This document shows, one piece after another, positions 37,794 through 47,992 of a stretch of DNA of 64,000 bases. Source of the stretch: Myxococcales bacterium (GTDB taxonomy: Bacteria; Myxococcota_A; Polyangia; Polyangiales; DASUME01); contig JASGJH010000001.1 of the NCBI GenBank assembly GCA_047601445.1, positions 8,192,001 to 8,256,000 of the forward strand, read 5' to 3'. Numbering within the stretch: the first letter of the stretch is position 1; each line of letters starts with the position of its first letter. A model generated the notes under the pieces. It worked only from the letters and a program-made list of their open reading frames with translations, was not told the origin of the DNA and made no database searches. The translations under genes and the position numbers were made by a program.

Positions 37794-39614
37794 ATGGCCG
37801 ACGGCCGCAGGTACAAAGACCTTTGCGAGCTGTACGAAAGCAGCGTCCGTAGCTTCTCCGAGAAGCCGCTGTTCGGCACGCGCGAGAGCCGGGGGTGGCA
37901 CTGGCTGAGCTACCGCGATTTCGCCAGCCGGGTCGACGTGCTGCGCGCGGCCCTGGGCATGCGAGGGATCTCGCGCGGCGACCGCGTGGCCCTGATCGCC
38001 CCCAACGGCGTCGACTGGGCCACCGTCGCGTTCGCCACCTTCACCGCGGGCGGGGTGTTGGTGCCAATCTACCCCTACCAGCGCTACGACGACTGGCTCG
38101 ACATCCTGCGCGACGCCAACCCCCGCTTCGTGTTCACCCACGACATCGAAGCAGCCAGTGCGGTCAACGGCTGGCGCAGCGAGCTGCACCCTGACCTGCT
38201 CTCGGTGTCGATGGCGGGACGTGCCATCGCCGGTTCCATCTCGCTCGACGAGCTCACGGAGCGCGCGTTGTCCTCCGAGCTACCCGTGCAGCGCCTGGAC
38301 CCCAAGGACCTGTGCACGTTGATTTACACCTCGGGCACGTCGGGCCGGCCCAAGGGTGTCCAGCTCAGCCACGCCAACGTGGTGGCCGTGCTCAACGATC
38401 TGCGCCGCATCTTCCCGGTCAATTCGAGTGATCGCTCGCTCGCGTTCCTGCCCTGGGCGCATGCGTTCGGGCAAGTGGTGGAGCTGTACGGCTTGTTCTC
38501 CATGGGTGCCTCGCTGGCCGTGGCCCCGAACGAAGACGAGATCGTGAAGAGCCTACAAGAGGTCAGACCGACCCTGATCTTCAGCGTTCCCAAGCTTTTC
38601 AATCGCCTCTACGACACGCTCCAGGAGCGCGTTCGCCGCGAGGGCGTGCTCACGCGCAGGCTGTTCGACGAGGCGCTCGAGAACGCGCGCCAGCGGCGTC
38701 GGATCCGCGGTCAGGGCAAGGCCCGCGGCGTCGTCGAGCTCAAGGCCAAGGTCTATGATCGACTGGTGTTCGAGCGCATCCGCGAGCAGTTCGGCGGACG
38801 CGTGCATTACGCGGTGAGCGGCGGCGCGCAGCTGGCACCCGAGGTGGCCGAGTTCGTGGATAGCCTCGGCATCACGCTCTACGAGGGCTATGGCCTGACC
38901 GAGGCGGCGCCCATCGTGAGCGCGAACTGGCCCGGCGCACGCAAGCTCGGCTCGGTGGGGAAGCCCTTGCCGTCGGTGCGCGTGATGATCGATCACAACG
39001 TCGGGCCCAACACCCGCGACGGGGAGATCATCGTGTACGGCCCCAACGTGATGCGCGGCTATCACAACGCCCCCGACGAGACGGCGCGGGCGCTCACGGC
39101 GGAGGGCGGCCTGCGCACGGGCGACCTCGGCTACATCGACAAAGAGGGCTTCCTATTCGTCACTGGGCGCATCAAGGAACAGTACAAGCTCGACAATGGC
39201 CGCTACGTGGTACCGAGTCCGCTCGAGGCTGACTTGCGCGCGTCTCGGTTCATCCGACATGTGATGCTGTGTGGCGACGGACGTCCGCACAACGTGGCGC
39301 TGATCGTCCCAGAATTCGAGTTCCTCGAGAGCTGGGCTCAAGAGCAGGGCATCCGCACGGGCAGCCGCGAGGAGCTCCTGCAGCACCCCGACGTGCGCAC
39401 CACGTTTGCGCGGGAAATCGAGCGCTGCTCGGAGACGTTCCGGCAGTTCGAGAAGGTGCGCGGTTTCGGCCTGCTCGAGCACGACTTCTCGGTGGAAGAC
39501 GGCACATTGACCCACACGCTGAAGATTCGTCGGCGCGAGGTGCAGTCGGTCTACGCGGAGTTGATCGACGAGCTCTATGGTGTTCACCGCGGCGAGCGTG
39601 CAGCGGTAGACTAA
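37794..39614 (+). CDS. Long-chain fatty acid-CoA ligase
   Basis: IYTSGTSGRPKG, EGYGLTE, RTGDLG, ITGR-like VTGRIKE, TLKIRR. Confidence 0.92.
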   Translation: MADGRRYKDLCELYESSVRSFSEKPLFGTRESRGWHWLSYRDFASRVDVLRAALGMRGISRGDRVALIAPNGVDWATVAFATFTAGGVLVPIYPYQRYDDWLDILRDANPRFVFTHDIEAASAVNGWRSELHPDLLSVSMAGRAIAGSISLDELTERALSSELPVQRLDPKDLCTLIYTSGTSGRPKGVQLSHANVVAVLNDLRRIFPVNSSDRSLAFLPWAHAFGQVVELYGLFSMGASLAVAPNEDEIVKSLQEVRPTLIFSVPKLFNRLYDTLQERVRREGVLTRRLFDEALENARQRRRIRGQGKARGVVELKAKVYDRLVFERIREQFGGRVHYAVSGGAQLAPEVAEFVDSLGITLYEGYGLTEAAPIVSANWPGARKLGSVGKPLPSVRVMIDHNVGPNTRDGEIIVYGPNVMRGYHNAPDETARALTAEGGLRTGDLGYIDKEGFLFVTGRIKEQYKLDNGRYVVPSPLEADLRASRFIRHVMLCGDGRPHNVALIVPEFEFLESWAQEQGIRTGSREELLQHPDVRTTFAREIERCSETFRQFEKVRGFGLLEHDFSVEDGTLTHTLKIRRREVQSVYAELIDELYGVHRGERAAVD

Positions 39615-39642
39615 CTTCCAAAAAAGGCGCGAGGAGTCGAGC

Positions 39643-40803
39643 ATGGCAGAGGCCACATGGAACTATCCGACACGAATTCTCTTCGGCGTTGGAGCTGTCG
39701 GCGACCTGGGAGCGGAGGCCAAGAAGTTGGGCACCACCCGAGCGCTCATCGTGTCGGATCCGGGCGTGACCCGGGCGGGATTGCTCGCGCCCGTCGAAGA
39801 GTCGTTGAAGAAGCAGGGCATCGAGGTGTCCTCCTTCGATCAGATCTCCACCAACCCCACCGAGGCCGAAGCCCGCGCGGCCGCCTCGGCCTTCCGTGAG
39901 TCTCGCGCCGATGCGGTGATCGCCGTCGGCGGTGGCGCCGCCCTCGATATCGGTAAGATGGTGCGCATCCTGGCGACCGAGACGCTTCCGCTCGAGGAGC
40001 TCGACGACGCCATCGGCGGTGACGCCAAGATGAAGGCGAACTTCCCGCCCATGATCGCCGTGCCCACCACGGCCGGTACGGGCAGCGAGGTGGGACGCAG
40101 TGCGGTGGCGACCCTGGCCTCGAGCGGCAAGAAGACGATCTTCTTCCATCCCAAGTTGATCGCCAACGTGGCGGTGCTCGACCCGCGCATGACCGAGTCG
40201 TTGCCCGCCAAGTTCACCGCGGCCACGGGCTTCGACGCGCTCACCCACAGCATCGAGGCCTTTCTCGCCAAGGGCGACCATCCGATGGCGGACGCCATCG
40301 CGCTCAAGTCCGTGAGCTTGGTCGGCCGCTACCTCGAGCGCGCCGTGAAAGATCCACGCGACCTCGACGCGCGCGGGGCGCTGCTCAAGGCGTCGATGAT
40401 GGGCGCAGTGGCGTTCCAGAAGGGCCTGGGCGTGTGTCACAGCCTGGCTCACCCGCTCGGCGCCGAGCACGACCTCCATCACGGACTGGCGAACGCGCTG
40501 TGTCTGCCGGCGGTGATCGACTTCAACCGCAGCGCGGTGTCGAGCCGCATTGCGGACATCGCGAGGGCGCTCGGCGTGCGTGGCGAGGACGAAGACACCT
40601 TGGCCTTCGAATGCTCCGGGGCGATCCGGGCGCTGCGCCACAAGGTGGGCCTGCCGGACGGCCTGGCGTCCGTGGGCATCAAGGACGAACACATCGCCAA
40701 GCTCGCGAAGCTGGCCATGGAAGACGGCTGTCACGCGTGCAATCCGCGCGTCTGCACGGAGCACGACATGGAGCAGCTGTACCGCGTCTCCATGGGGGCA
40801 TGA
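39643..40803 (+). CDS. Iron-containing alcohol dehydrogenase
   Basis: GGGAALD, PTTAGTGSE, DALTHSIE, HSLAH, HHG. Confidence 0.93.
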   Translation: MAEATWNYPTRILFGVGAVGDLGAEAKKLGTTRALIVSDPGVTRAGLLAPVEESLKKQGIEVSSFDQISTNPTEAEARAAASAFRESRADAVIAVGGGAALDIGKMVRILATETLPLEELDDAIGGDAKMKANFPPMIAVPTTAGTGSEVGRSAVATLASSGKKTIFFHPKLIANVAVLDPRMTESLPAKFTAATGFDALTHSIEAFLAKGDHPMADAIALKSVSLVGRYLERAVKDPRDLDARGALLKASMMGAVAFQKGLGVCHSLAHPLGAEHDLHHGLANALCLPAVIDFNRSAVSSRIADIARALGVRGEDEDTLAFECSGAIRALRHKVGLPDGLASVGIKDEHIAKLAKLAMEDGCHACNPRVCTEHDMEQLYRVSMGA

Positions 40804-40833
40804 GCAGGGAGCCCGAGCGCCGCGCTCGCGCGC

Positions 40834-41667
40834 TCAGGCTTGCTTGGCCGGATCCCAGCCCGTGGTGAGGCCTTCCTCGAGGCCGTCCAGGCTCTCCATG
40901 GCCTCCGCAGAAAGTTCGAAATCGAACAGATTCGCGTTCTCGTCGATGCGCGCTGCGTGCGTCGACTTGGGCAGCACCACCAGCCCGTGCTGGATGCCCC
41001 ACCGCAGGAGCACCTGCGCGGGCGTCCGACCGCATTGACTCGCGACGGCCATCACTTGCGGATGCCCGAGCCGCTGGCCGCGCGTGAGCGGGCTGTACGC
41101 CTCCACTACGATGCCTTGCTCGCGACACAGGGCCCGCGTCTCCCGGCGCTGCAGGAAGGGGCTCAACTCGATCTGATTGATCGCGGGGATACGCTCGCAC
41201 TGCGCTAGCAATTCCCTCAGGTGCGGTACCAGGAAATTACTCACGCCGATGGAGCGCGCCCGCCCCTCCGCTTGGAGGTCCTCGAGGGCCTGCCAGGAGT
41301 CGAGCCGCTTGCCGGCGACCGGCCAATGCAACAGGTAAAGGTCCACGTATTCGAGGCCCAGGCGCTTCAGGCTCTGCTCGAGGGCACGCAGCGCGGAATC
41401 GTAACCTTGGTCATCATTCCAGAGTTTGGTGGTGACGAAGATGTCCTCGCGCGGGATGCCGGACTCCCGGATCGCCCAGCCCACGTCAGCCTCGTTGCCA
41501 TAGATCCGGGCCGTGTCTACGTGACGGTAGCCCCGCCGCAGCGCCGACAGGACCGCCTCACGTGTCACTTCTCCGCGGGCGGCTTGCCACACGCCCAGGC
41601 CGACTTGTGGAATGGTTTGGCCGTTGTTCAGCGGTAAGCGCGTGGTGCTGACGTCACTTCGGAGCAT
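40834..41667 (-). CDS. Aldo/keto reductase (2,5-DKG reductase-like)
   Basis: GYRHVDTARIY, FVTTKLW, LYLLHWP, IGVSNF, VLPKS. Confidence 0.93.
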   Translation of the reverse strand: MLRSDVSTTRLPLNNGQTIPQVGLGVWQAARGEVTREAVLSALRRGYRHVDTARIYGNEADVGWAIRESGIPREDIFVTTKLWNDDQGYDSALRALEQSLKRLGLEYVDLYLLHWPVAGKRLDSWQALEDLQAEGRARSIGVSNFLVPHLRELLAQCERIPAINQIELSPFLQRRETRALCREQGIVVEAYSPLTRGQRLGHPQVMAVASQCGRTPAQVLLRWGIQHGLVVLPKSTHAARIDENANLFDFELSAEAMESLDGLEEGLTTGWDPAKQA

Positions 41668-41810
41668 GTGCGAGTCCTGTCGGTGTTGGCCTTGATGCGA
41701 GGGCCTGACGAATCCAGGATGTTCAGGTAGGCGCGGGAGTCCACAGGGAAGCCTCCCCTTTCTCTCGCGCCCGCCCCAACTTTGGCGTAAAGAAGCTGGC
41801 ACGGGAACCC

Positions 41811-42885
41811 ATGACCTCGAGCGAACTCGACGCCTCCGGACTTCCGAGCGAAGCGAACCTGGATACCACCCAGGCGGACGAGGCGTCTGTCGAGGAGGAC
41901 AGGCCGCGCATCAGCCGTTTGAGTAGTCTGTTCCCCGTGGCCGAGGCGCTGTTGGCCGCGGCCCACTCGGATCGACCGCCTTCGAGCGTGGAGCACGAGG
42001 CCATTCGGCGCGTGCTCTGCGAGCTGCTCGGCACCAACTTCCTCCCCCTGCGGCTCGAGCAGCGCATCCAGGCGTTCGACCCGGGCGGCATCGACCTGAA
42101 CCACCTGGCCGAAGAGTTGGCCGAACGACCGGTGGTCGGGCGACGCAGCTTGATCGAGCTCACGCGCGAGGTGTGCGATGCGGATGGCGAGCTCGACCTG
42201 AACGAAGACCGCTTCATGCTGGCCCTGGCGTTGGCGCTCAGTCTCGATCCGGCGGAGGTCGACCATGTGGTCTACGACACGCCGTTCAAGGGCTTGAAGC
42301 GCGTGATCAAGCGCTGGGAGGACCTGGTGATCGGCAGCCTCTGCCTGCTGATCTGCGCGCTGCCCATGCTGTTCATCGCCATGGCCATCAAGTTCACGTC
42401 GCGCGGCCCGGTGCTGTTCCGTCAGCCTCGCCACGGTGAGAACGGCATCGAATTCGAGGTGCTCAAGTTTCGCAGCATGCGCGTGATGGAGACTGGCGAC
42501 GCGGTGAAGCAGGCGCAGAAGAACGACCCCCGCATCACCAAGGTCGGGGCCTTCATTCGGCGCACGTCGCTGGACGAGCTGCCGCAGTTCTTCAACGTGC
42601 TCGCGGGTAACATGTCACTGGTGGGCCCGCGCCCCCACGCCGTGGCGCACAACCAGCTCTATCGCACCAAGATCCTCGAGTACATGCGGCGCCACAAGGT
42701 GAAGCCCGGCATCACCGGTTGGGCCCAAGTCAACGGTCTCCGCGGCGAGACCGACACCCTCGACAAGATGGTGGCGCGCGTGGAGCACGACCTGGTGTAC
42801 ATCCGCAGCTGGTCGCTGTGGCTCGACCTCAAGAATCATCTTCTTGACGGTGTTCGGCCGCAAGGTGCGCGAGAACGCCTACTGA
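41811..42885 (+). CDS. TerB-like domain fused to a WcaJ-type phosphoglycosyl transferase; +1 frameshift near the 3' end (about 42834)
   Basis: KRWED, KFRSM, DPRIT, SLDELPQ, MSLVGPRP, VKPGITGWAQVNG. Deleting one A restores LDLKIIFLTVFGRKVRENAY-stop. Confidence 0.88.
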
Positions 42886-42891
42886 GCTCCC

Positions 42892-44403
42892 TCAAGCGGA
42901 GGCCGCTCGGGGCAGCGCGATGTCGCCCGCGACGTTGGTGGGCTCGTTGGCGGAGCCGCCCACTTCGACCCGATTGCGACCCTCGCGCTTGGCACGATAG
43001 AGGGCTTGATCCGCCGCATCGAGCAGGGCGTCTACGCTGGCGTGGCGCACCGAATAGGCGCACACGCCGAAGCTCGCGGTGACCGGCACGGGAAGATCCA
43101 CGGACGCCACCACCTTGCGCAGCTCGTCAGCCACGTGGGGGGCGGCCTCGGGATCCACGTCCGTGAGCAAGATGCAGAACTCCTCGCCGCCGTAGCGCGC
43201 CACCAGATCGGTGGTGCGTATGCGTCCGCGCAGCGCCTGGGCCACGCGTCGGATCACCTCGTCGCCGCACAGATGGCCCAAGTTATCGTTGATGCGCTTG
43301 AAGTGATCGATGTCCGCCATGACCACGGCGAAGCGCCTGCCGCGTGCTCCCTCCGCCACCAGCAGGCTCAAGCGCTCGCGTAGCGCGCGCTGGTTGGCAA
43401 GCCCCGTGAGCGGATCGGTGCTGGCGAGCTGCTCGAGCTTCTCTTTCGCGCGCTTCACCTCCGTGACGTCGTTGAACGTGATGACACCCCCGCGCACGCG
43501 CCCCTCGGGGTCGCGGATGGGGCGGCCTGTGACGCTCAGGAACGCCCCCTGTGGGAGCGCCGCGTTGCGCACGTAGATCTCGACCTTGTCGGTGGCGATG
43601 CCCCGCACCGCTTGCACCAAAGGCAGCTCGTCGTGGCTCAGGAGCGTGATCTGGTCGGCGCGACAGGCCCGGGTGGCGAGTGGGAAGCTCACTCGGCCAC
43701 GTGCCTGGGAGATGCCCGCCAGCGCCTCGGCCGCCGGGTTCACGAGCACGATGTTGGCGTTTTCATCGGCGACCACGATGCCCTCGCCAGCGCTCGCCAG
43801 GACGCTGCCCAGGATGGAGGTCTGATTGGCTAGCTCGAGCGAGCGCTGCGCGAGGCTGCGCGAGATGCTGCGCAGTTCGAGCTCGTCGACGGCGATACGC
43901 GCGAGGTCGCGCAGGTTCTCGAGCTCGCCGGGCCCTGGCTCGCGCGGCCGCGTGTCGAGGATGGCGAAGGTCCCGATGTTGTGGCCCTCGGCGGTGACGA
44001 GCGGGGCGGCGGCATAGAAGCGCACGTGCGGCTCGCCCGTGACGAGCGGGTGGTCGGCGAAGCGCGGGTCCGCGAGCGTATCCAGGACCACGAAGGGAGA
44101 GTCTTGCAAGATGGCATGGGCACAGAAAGAGCGTACGCGAGGGAACTCTCGCGGCAGCGTGCCCGAGCGGGCCTTGGCCCACTGACGATGTTCGTCCACC
44201 AGGGACACCATGGCCATGGGCACCGAGCAGATTCGGCAGGCCATGGCAGTGAGACGATCGAAGGCGAGTTCGGGCTCCGAGTCGATCACCTGATGGGCGC
44301 GCAGCGCGTCCAGGCGTCGTGCTTCGTCTGTGTGGACCGCGGCGACCTGCATGCGCTCTTTCTCGTCGAGCTCTTTCTGTTCGAAGTAGGCGGGGCCGCC
44401 CAC
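42892..44403 (-). CDS. GAF-PAS-GGDEF diguanylate cyclase
   Basis: SFCAHAI GAF; PAS; TDPLTGL, DIDHFK, RTTD I-site, GGEEF. Confidence 0.93.
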   Translation of the reverse strand: MGGPAYFEQKELDEKERMQVAAVHTDEARRLDALRAHQVIDSEPELAFDRLTAMACRICSVPMAMVSLVDEHRQWAKARSGTLPREFPRVRSFCAHAILQDSPFVVLDTLADPRFADHPLVTGEPHVRFYAAAPLVTAEGHNIGTFAILDTRPREPGPGELENLRDLARIAVDELELRSISRSLAQRSLELANQTSILGSVLASAGEGIVVADENANIVLVNPAAEALAGISQARGRVSFPLATRACRADQITLLSHDELPLVQAVRGIATDKVEIYVRNAALPQGAFLSVTGRPIRDPEGRVRGGVITFNDVTEVKRAKEKLEQLASTDPLTGLANQRALRERLSLLVAEGARGRRFAVVMADIDHFKRINDNLGHLCGDEVIRRVAQALRGRIRTTDLVARYGGEEFCILLTDVDPEAAPHVADELRKVVASVDLPVPVTASFGVCAYSVRHASVDALLDAADQALYRAKREGRNRVEVGGSANEPTNVAGDIALPRAASA

Positions 44404-44743
44404 AGCTCAGCAGTCGCGACGTGCGCCGAGACGACCGTGCTTACTCGTATCCTAGACAACTCGCGTGGCCGGGGAAAAGCGGCATGTGCAGCGCGCGTTG
44501 CGTGCCCCCGAGATGGGGGCAAGTCGTGATCTTTCACGCGTCGCGCACGATCGCTCGGAACGCACGCGCGCAAGCGCGATCGACGTGCCACGAGTTGGAC
44601 TGCACCCAGCCTTGCGGCACTTCGAATCTCATCGAAGGCATTGATAGCGCTCGAGGGAAGGGTGTTAGATCGCTTGGTCAGCGCGCTCTGCGCGCAAGTT
44701 GAGCACGCCGCGCGCCCTCGGCGCTGGTGGTGGGGGAAAGCCG

Positions 44744-45232
44744 ATGAAGCACGCGATGCGCAGTTCGGAGGTCGAAGCGCGCGGCGCCGCGCGCGAGCAG
44801 ACCGCGGAGGGTTCGAGTGGTGGGGAGGTGCGACGTCAGTCCGGCATCACACAGCGACCCCCAGCTGCCAACCCGGCAAGTCAGACGCCCGAGTGGAATA
44901 CGAGCGTGGTGGCCGACATTCTCGGCTTCGAATACGCGCGTGCGGTGCTCTTCACGGACGGCCAGGGAAAGCTGCTGTTCAGCGGCGGGAGCCTGCAGGC
45001 CACGGTCGAGCTCGCAGAAGCCGCCGACATCGCGCTCGCCGCGCTCAACCAGGGGAGCCAGGCGCTCAACTTCGGGGAGCTCGACACCAGTATCTGGTTG
45101 TGTCGCCAGGGGACGGTGGTCTCCACGTCTTCGTCGCAGGGCGTGAGGGCCCTCGTGCTCGCTCAACCCAACGCCAACCTCGCACAGCTTCTGAGCCACG
45201 TGCGTCGCGTCTTCGCAGGTCGCCATGAGTGA
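44744..45232 (+). CDS. Roadblock/LC7 (MglB-like) domain protein
   Basis: AVLFTDGQGKLL...LNFGEL...LVLAQPNANLAQL pattern; start uncertain. Confidence 0.6.
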   Translation: MKHAMRSSEVEARGAAREQTAEGSSGGEVRRQSGITQRPPAANPASQTPEWNTSVVADILGFEYARAVLFTDGQGKLLFSGGSLQATVELAEAADIALAALNQGSQALNFGELDTSIWLCRQGTVVSTSSSQGVRALVLAQPNANLAQLLSHVRRVFAGRHE

Positions 45233-46508
45233 GCAACCGACGGGATGGTTGAAGCGCATGCTCGCTGGCGATGCGTCGCTGGTGCAGCTCCAGGGCAAGC
45301 TCACCGCCGTGGCGGTCGAGCTCGACAACACCACGCGCGCGCTGAAGGTCGAGCAGGATCAGTCGGCCCTCAAGGACAAGGAGCTCGCGGGGCTGCGCGA
45401 GACCCTCGAGAGCAGCGCGAGCCGCGCGGAGCAGCTGAAGCAGGATCTCGCGCGTGCGCAGCGCGAGCTGGAACAAGTGCGGGAGGAGCTTGCCACCGAG
45501 CGCAGTAAGGCCGAGCATCAGCGCGGTGAATTCGAGCGCACGCTGACCGAGAATAAGTCCCACATGGACCGCGTCGTGAGCGAGGCCAAGGCGAACGCCG
45601 AACGAGCCCGACTGCTCGCCGAGGCCGAGAAACTCAAGACGAAGTCCGCCTACTCCCAGGTTCAAGGACTCGAGAAGCGAGCGGAGGGCCTTCAGCAGCA
45701 ATGCAGCGCGCGCGAGCAGGAGCTCTTGCAGGCGCGGACCAGCCTGTCGACGACCCAGGCTCAGCTCGAGAACGTCGGCACGCTGCGCGACGATCTGAAG
45801 AGAAAGAGCGACGAGCTGACCAAGGCCAAGAGCGAGTGGAGCTCCCAGCGCGCGGGTCTCGACGCAACCATTCTCAAGCAGCGCTCGCGCCAGGAAGAAC
45901 ACCTGCAGCGCATGGCGGTGCTGGAGGGCGACCTGGCAGAAGCCATGGAGAAGCAACGTGTGGCCGAGGAGGCCAGCCGCACCGAGAAGCAGGCGGTGGG
46001 CCACGTGCGAGCCGAGCTCGAGCGCCTGCGCAAGGCGCAAGAGCTGCTGGTGCGGGACGAGCGGGTGCGCTGGACGCTGTTGGTCAACCGCATGTGGAAG
46101 GCGCTCGAGCGCTCGCTCGGCAAGGCGGCCCTGGTTTCGTTGGCGGGTGCCCTGGACGGCGACGAGACGCTCGGTCGCCTGTCGAAGGCCAGCACGGCGG
46201 AGCTCGCGGTACCGGGACTCACCCAGGCGTTGGCCACGCTCTCGCCGGGCAGCGACGTCTCCGTGACTCCGCTCGACGAGGGCTTCGAGATTCGCGTGCG
46301 CCGTCCGAGCGCGGCACCGGACGCGTGCGCCCCTGGCTGGCTCGGGGTGTACGCGGTGGAATGTCTCGGCAACATGTTGGGGCGGGGCATGCGGGCCGCC
46401 AGCGTGGCTCAGAACGGCGCCGAAGTGCTGGTTCGGGCCCGCTTCAGGGACGCCGCAGAGTCCGTCCGCGCGCCAGCAGGGAGCGCCGGCCAGCAAGTGG
46501 CCGGCTAA
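45225..46508 (+). CDS. Long coiled-coil protein with a globular C-terminal domain
   Basis: About 280 aa of E/K/Q/R/L heptads; 8-nt overlap with the upstream gene. Confidence 0.8.
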   Translation: MSEQPTGWLKRMLAGDASLVQLQGKLTAVAVELDNTTRALKVEQDQSALKDKELAGLRETLESSASRAEQLKQDLARAQRELEQVREELATERSKAEHQRGEFERTLTENKSHMDRVVSEAKANAERARLLAEAEKLKTKSAYSQVQGLEKRAEGLQQQCSAREQELLQARTSLSTTQAQLENVGTLRDDLKRKSDELTKAKSEWSSQRAGLDATILKQRSRQEEHLQRMAVLEGDLAEAMEKQRVAEEASRTEKQAVGHVRAELERLRKAQELLVRDERVRWTLLVNRMWKALERSLGKAALVSLAGALDGDETLGRLSKASTAELAVPGLTQALATLSPGSDVSVTPLDEGFEIRVRRPSAAPDACAPGWLGVYAVECLGNMLGRGMRAASVAQNGAEVLVRARFRDAAESVRAPAGSAGQQVAG

Positions 46509-46611
46509 GTACCGGGGGCCGAACCGACGCTCACCTGGGCTCTGCGCCGCTGCCGGGGCGGTCCCTTCGCGCTTGCGCGAGCAGGCCGTTCGCCCCACAA
46601 CCTGGGCCGTC

Positions 46612-47895
46612 ATGTCCTTCCTCGACGAGCTCAAGTGGCGCGGCCTTCTGTATCAGACCACCGGAACCGAGGAGCTCGTGCAGCACCTCGCCAGCCCGGG
46701 GCGCGTCGGCTATTGCGGCTTCGACCCGACCTCCGACAGCCTGCACATCGGGAACTTCATCCCGATCAAGCTGTTGATGCACTTCCAGCGCGCCGGGCAC
46801 AAGCCTGTCGCGCTGATGGGCGGAGGCACCGGCCTGATCGGCGACCCGTCGGGACGCGACAACGAGCGCACGCTGCAGTCGAAGGAGCAGGTCGAGGCGA
46901 ACATCGCTGGCCAGCGCAAGGTGTTCGAGCGCTTCCTCGACTTCTCCGGCAGCACGGGTGCCCAGCTGGTCAACAACAACGACTGGCTACAGAAGCTCGG
47001 CTTCATCGAGGTGCTGCGCGACGTGGGCAAGCACTTCTCGGTGAATGCCATGATCCAGCGCGACTCGGTGCGCACCCGCCTCGAGAACCGCGAGCAGGGC
47101 ATCAGCTACACCGAGTTCAGCTACATGCTGCTGCAGGCCTACGATTACCTGCACCTGCACCGCACGCTCGGCTGCACCCTGCAGATGTCGGGTTCGGATC
47201 AGTACGGCAACGTGGTGGCCGGCATCGATCTGATCCGCCGCCACACCCAGGGCGACAAGCACGAGGCGTTCGGGATTACCGCTCCTCTGCTCACCAAGTC
47301 GGACGGCAAGAAGTTCGGCAAGAGCGTGAAGGGCGCCATTTGGCTCACGGCCGACAAGACCAGCCCGTACGCGTTCTACCAGTTCTGGATCAACAGCGAA
47401 GATGCCGACGTGGGCTCGCTCTTGCGTTGGTTCACCTTCCTCCCTCAGGAGGAGGTCGAGGGCATCGTGTCTGCTCACGAACAGGAGCCGCACAAGCGTG
47501 AGGCCCAGCGCCGGCTGGCGCGTGAGATGACCAAGCTGGTGCACGGTGAGGCGGAGTTGGCGGCGGCCGAGCAGGCTTCGCAGGCGTTGTTCGACGGCGA
47601 GGTGCGCAAACTCGGTGAGTCCCTGCTCGACGAGGTGTTCGCGGACGTGCCTCACTCCGAGCACGACAAGAGCGGCCTGGCGGGCGAAGGGCGAGCCCTG
47701 CTCGATGTGTTGGTGGAGACCAGCTTGGTGCAGAGCAAGCGCGAAGCGCGGCAGTTCCTCGAGAGCGGCGCCGTCTCGGTCAACGGCGACAAGGCCGACT
47801 TGAGTCGCCGGCTGCGCAGCGAGGACCTCCTTCACGGCAAGGCGATCTTGCTCAAGCGCGGCAAGAAGAACTGGCACGTGACCAAGTGGAAGTAG
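46612..47895 (+). CDS. tyrS: Tyrosine-tRNA ligase
   Basis: YCGFDPT, HIGN, LQAYD, GSDQ, KFGKS, C-terminal S4-like domain. Confidence 0.97.
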   Translation: MSFLDELKWRGLLYQTTGTEELVQHLASPGRVGYCGFDPTSDSLHIGNFIPIKLLMHFQRAGHKPVALMGGGTGLIGDPSGRDNERTLQSKEQVEANIAGQRKVFERFLDFSGSTGAQLVNNNDWLQKLGFIEVLRDVGKHFSVNAMIQRDSVRTRLENREQGISYTEFSYMLLQAYDYLHLHRTLGCTLQMSGSDQYGNVVAGIDLIRRHTQGDKHEAFGITAPLLTKSDGKKFGKSVKGAIWLTADKTSPYAFYQFWINSEDADVGSLLRWFTFLPQEEVEGIVSAHEQEPHKREAQRRLAREMTKLVHGEAELAAAEQASQALFDGEVRKLGESLLDEVFADVPHSEHDKSGLAGEGRALLDVLVETSLVQSKREARQFLESGAVSVNGDKADLSRRLRSEDLLHGKAILLKRGKKNWHVTKWK

Positions 47896-47992
47896 CGCGC
47901 GAGAGCGGCTTTGCCGCGTCGAGCACCGGCACGGGCTCGCCTTGCTGGTGCAAGGCTGGCACAGGGCCGTGAGCTGACTCGTCAGCCCACGA

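Noticed and set aside
42886..43082. C-terminal extension of the WcaJ-like ORF
   Set aside because: Frameshift artefact overlapping the DGC; the corrected gene ends NAY-stop at 42885
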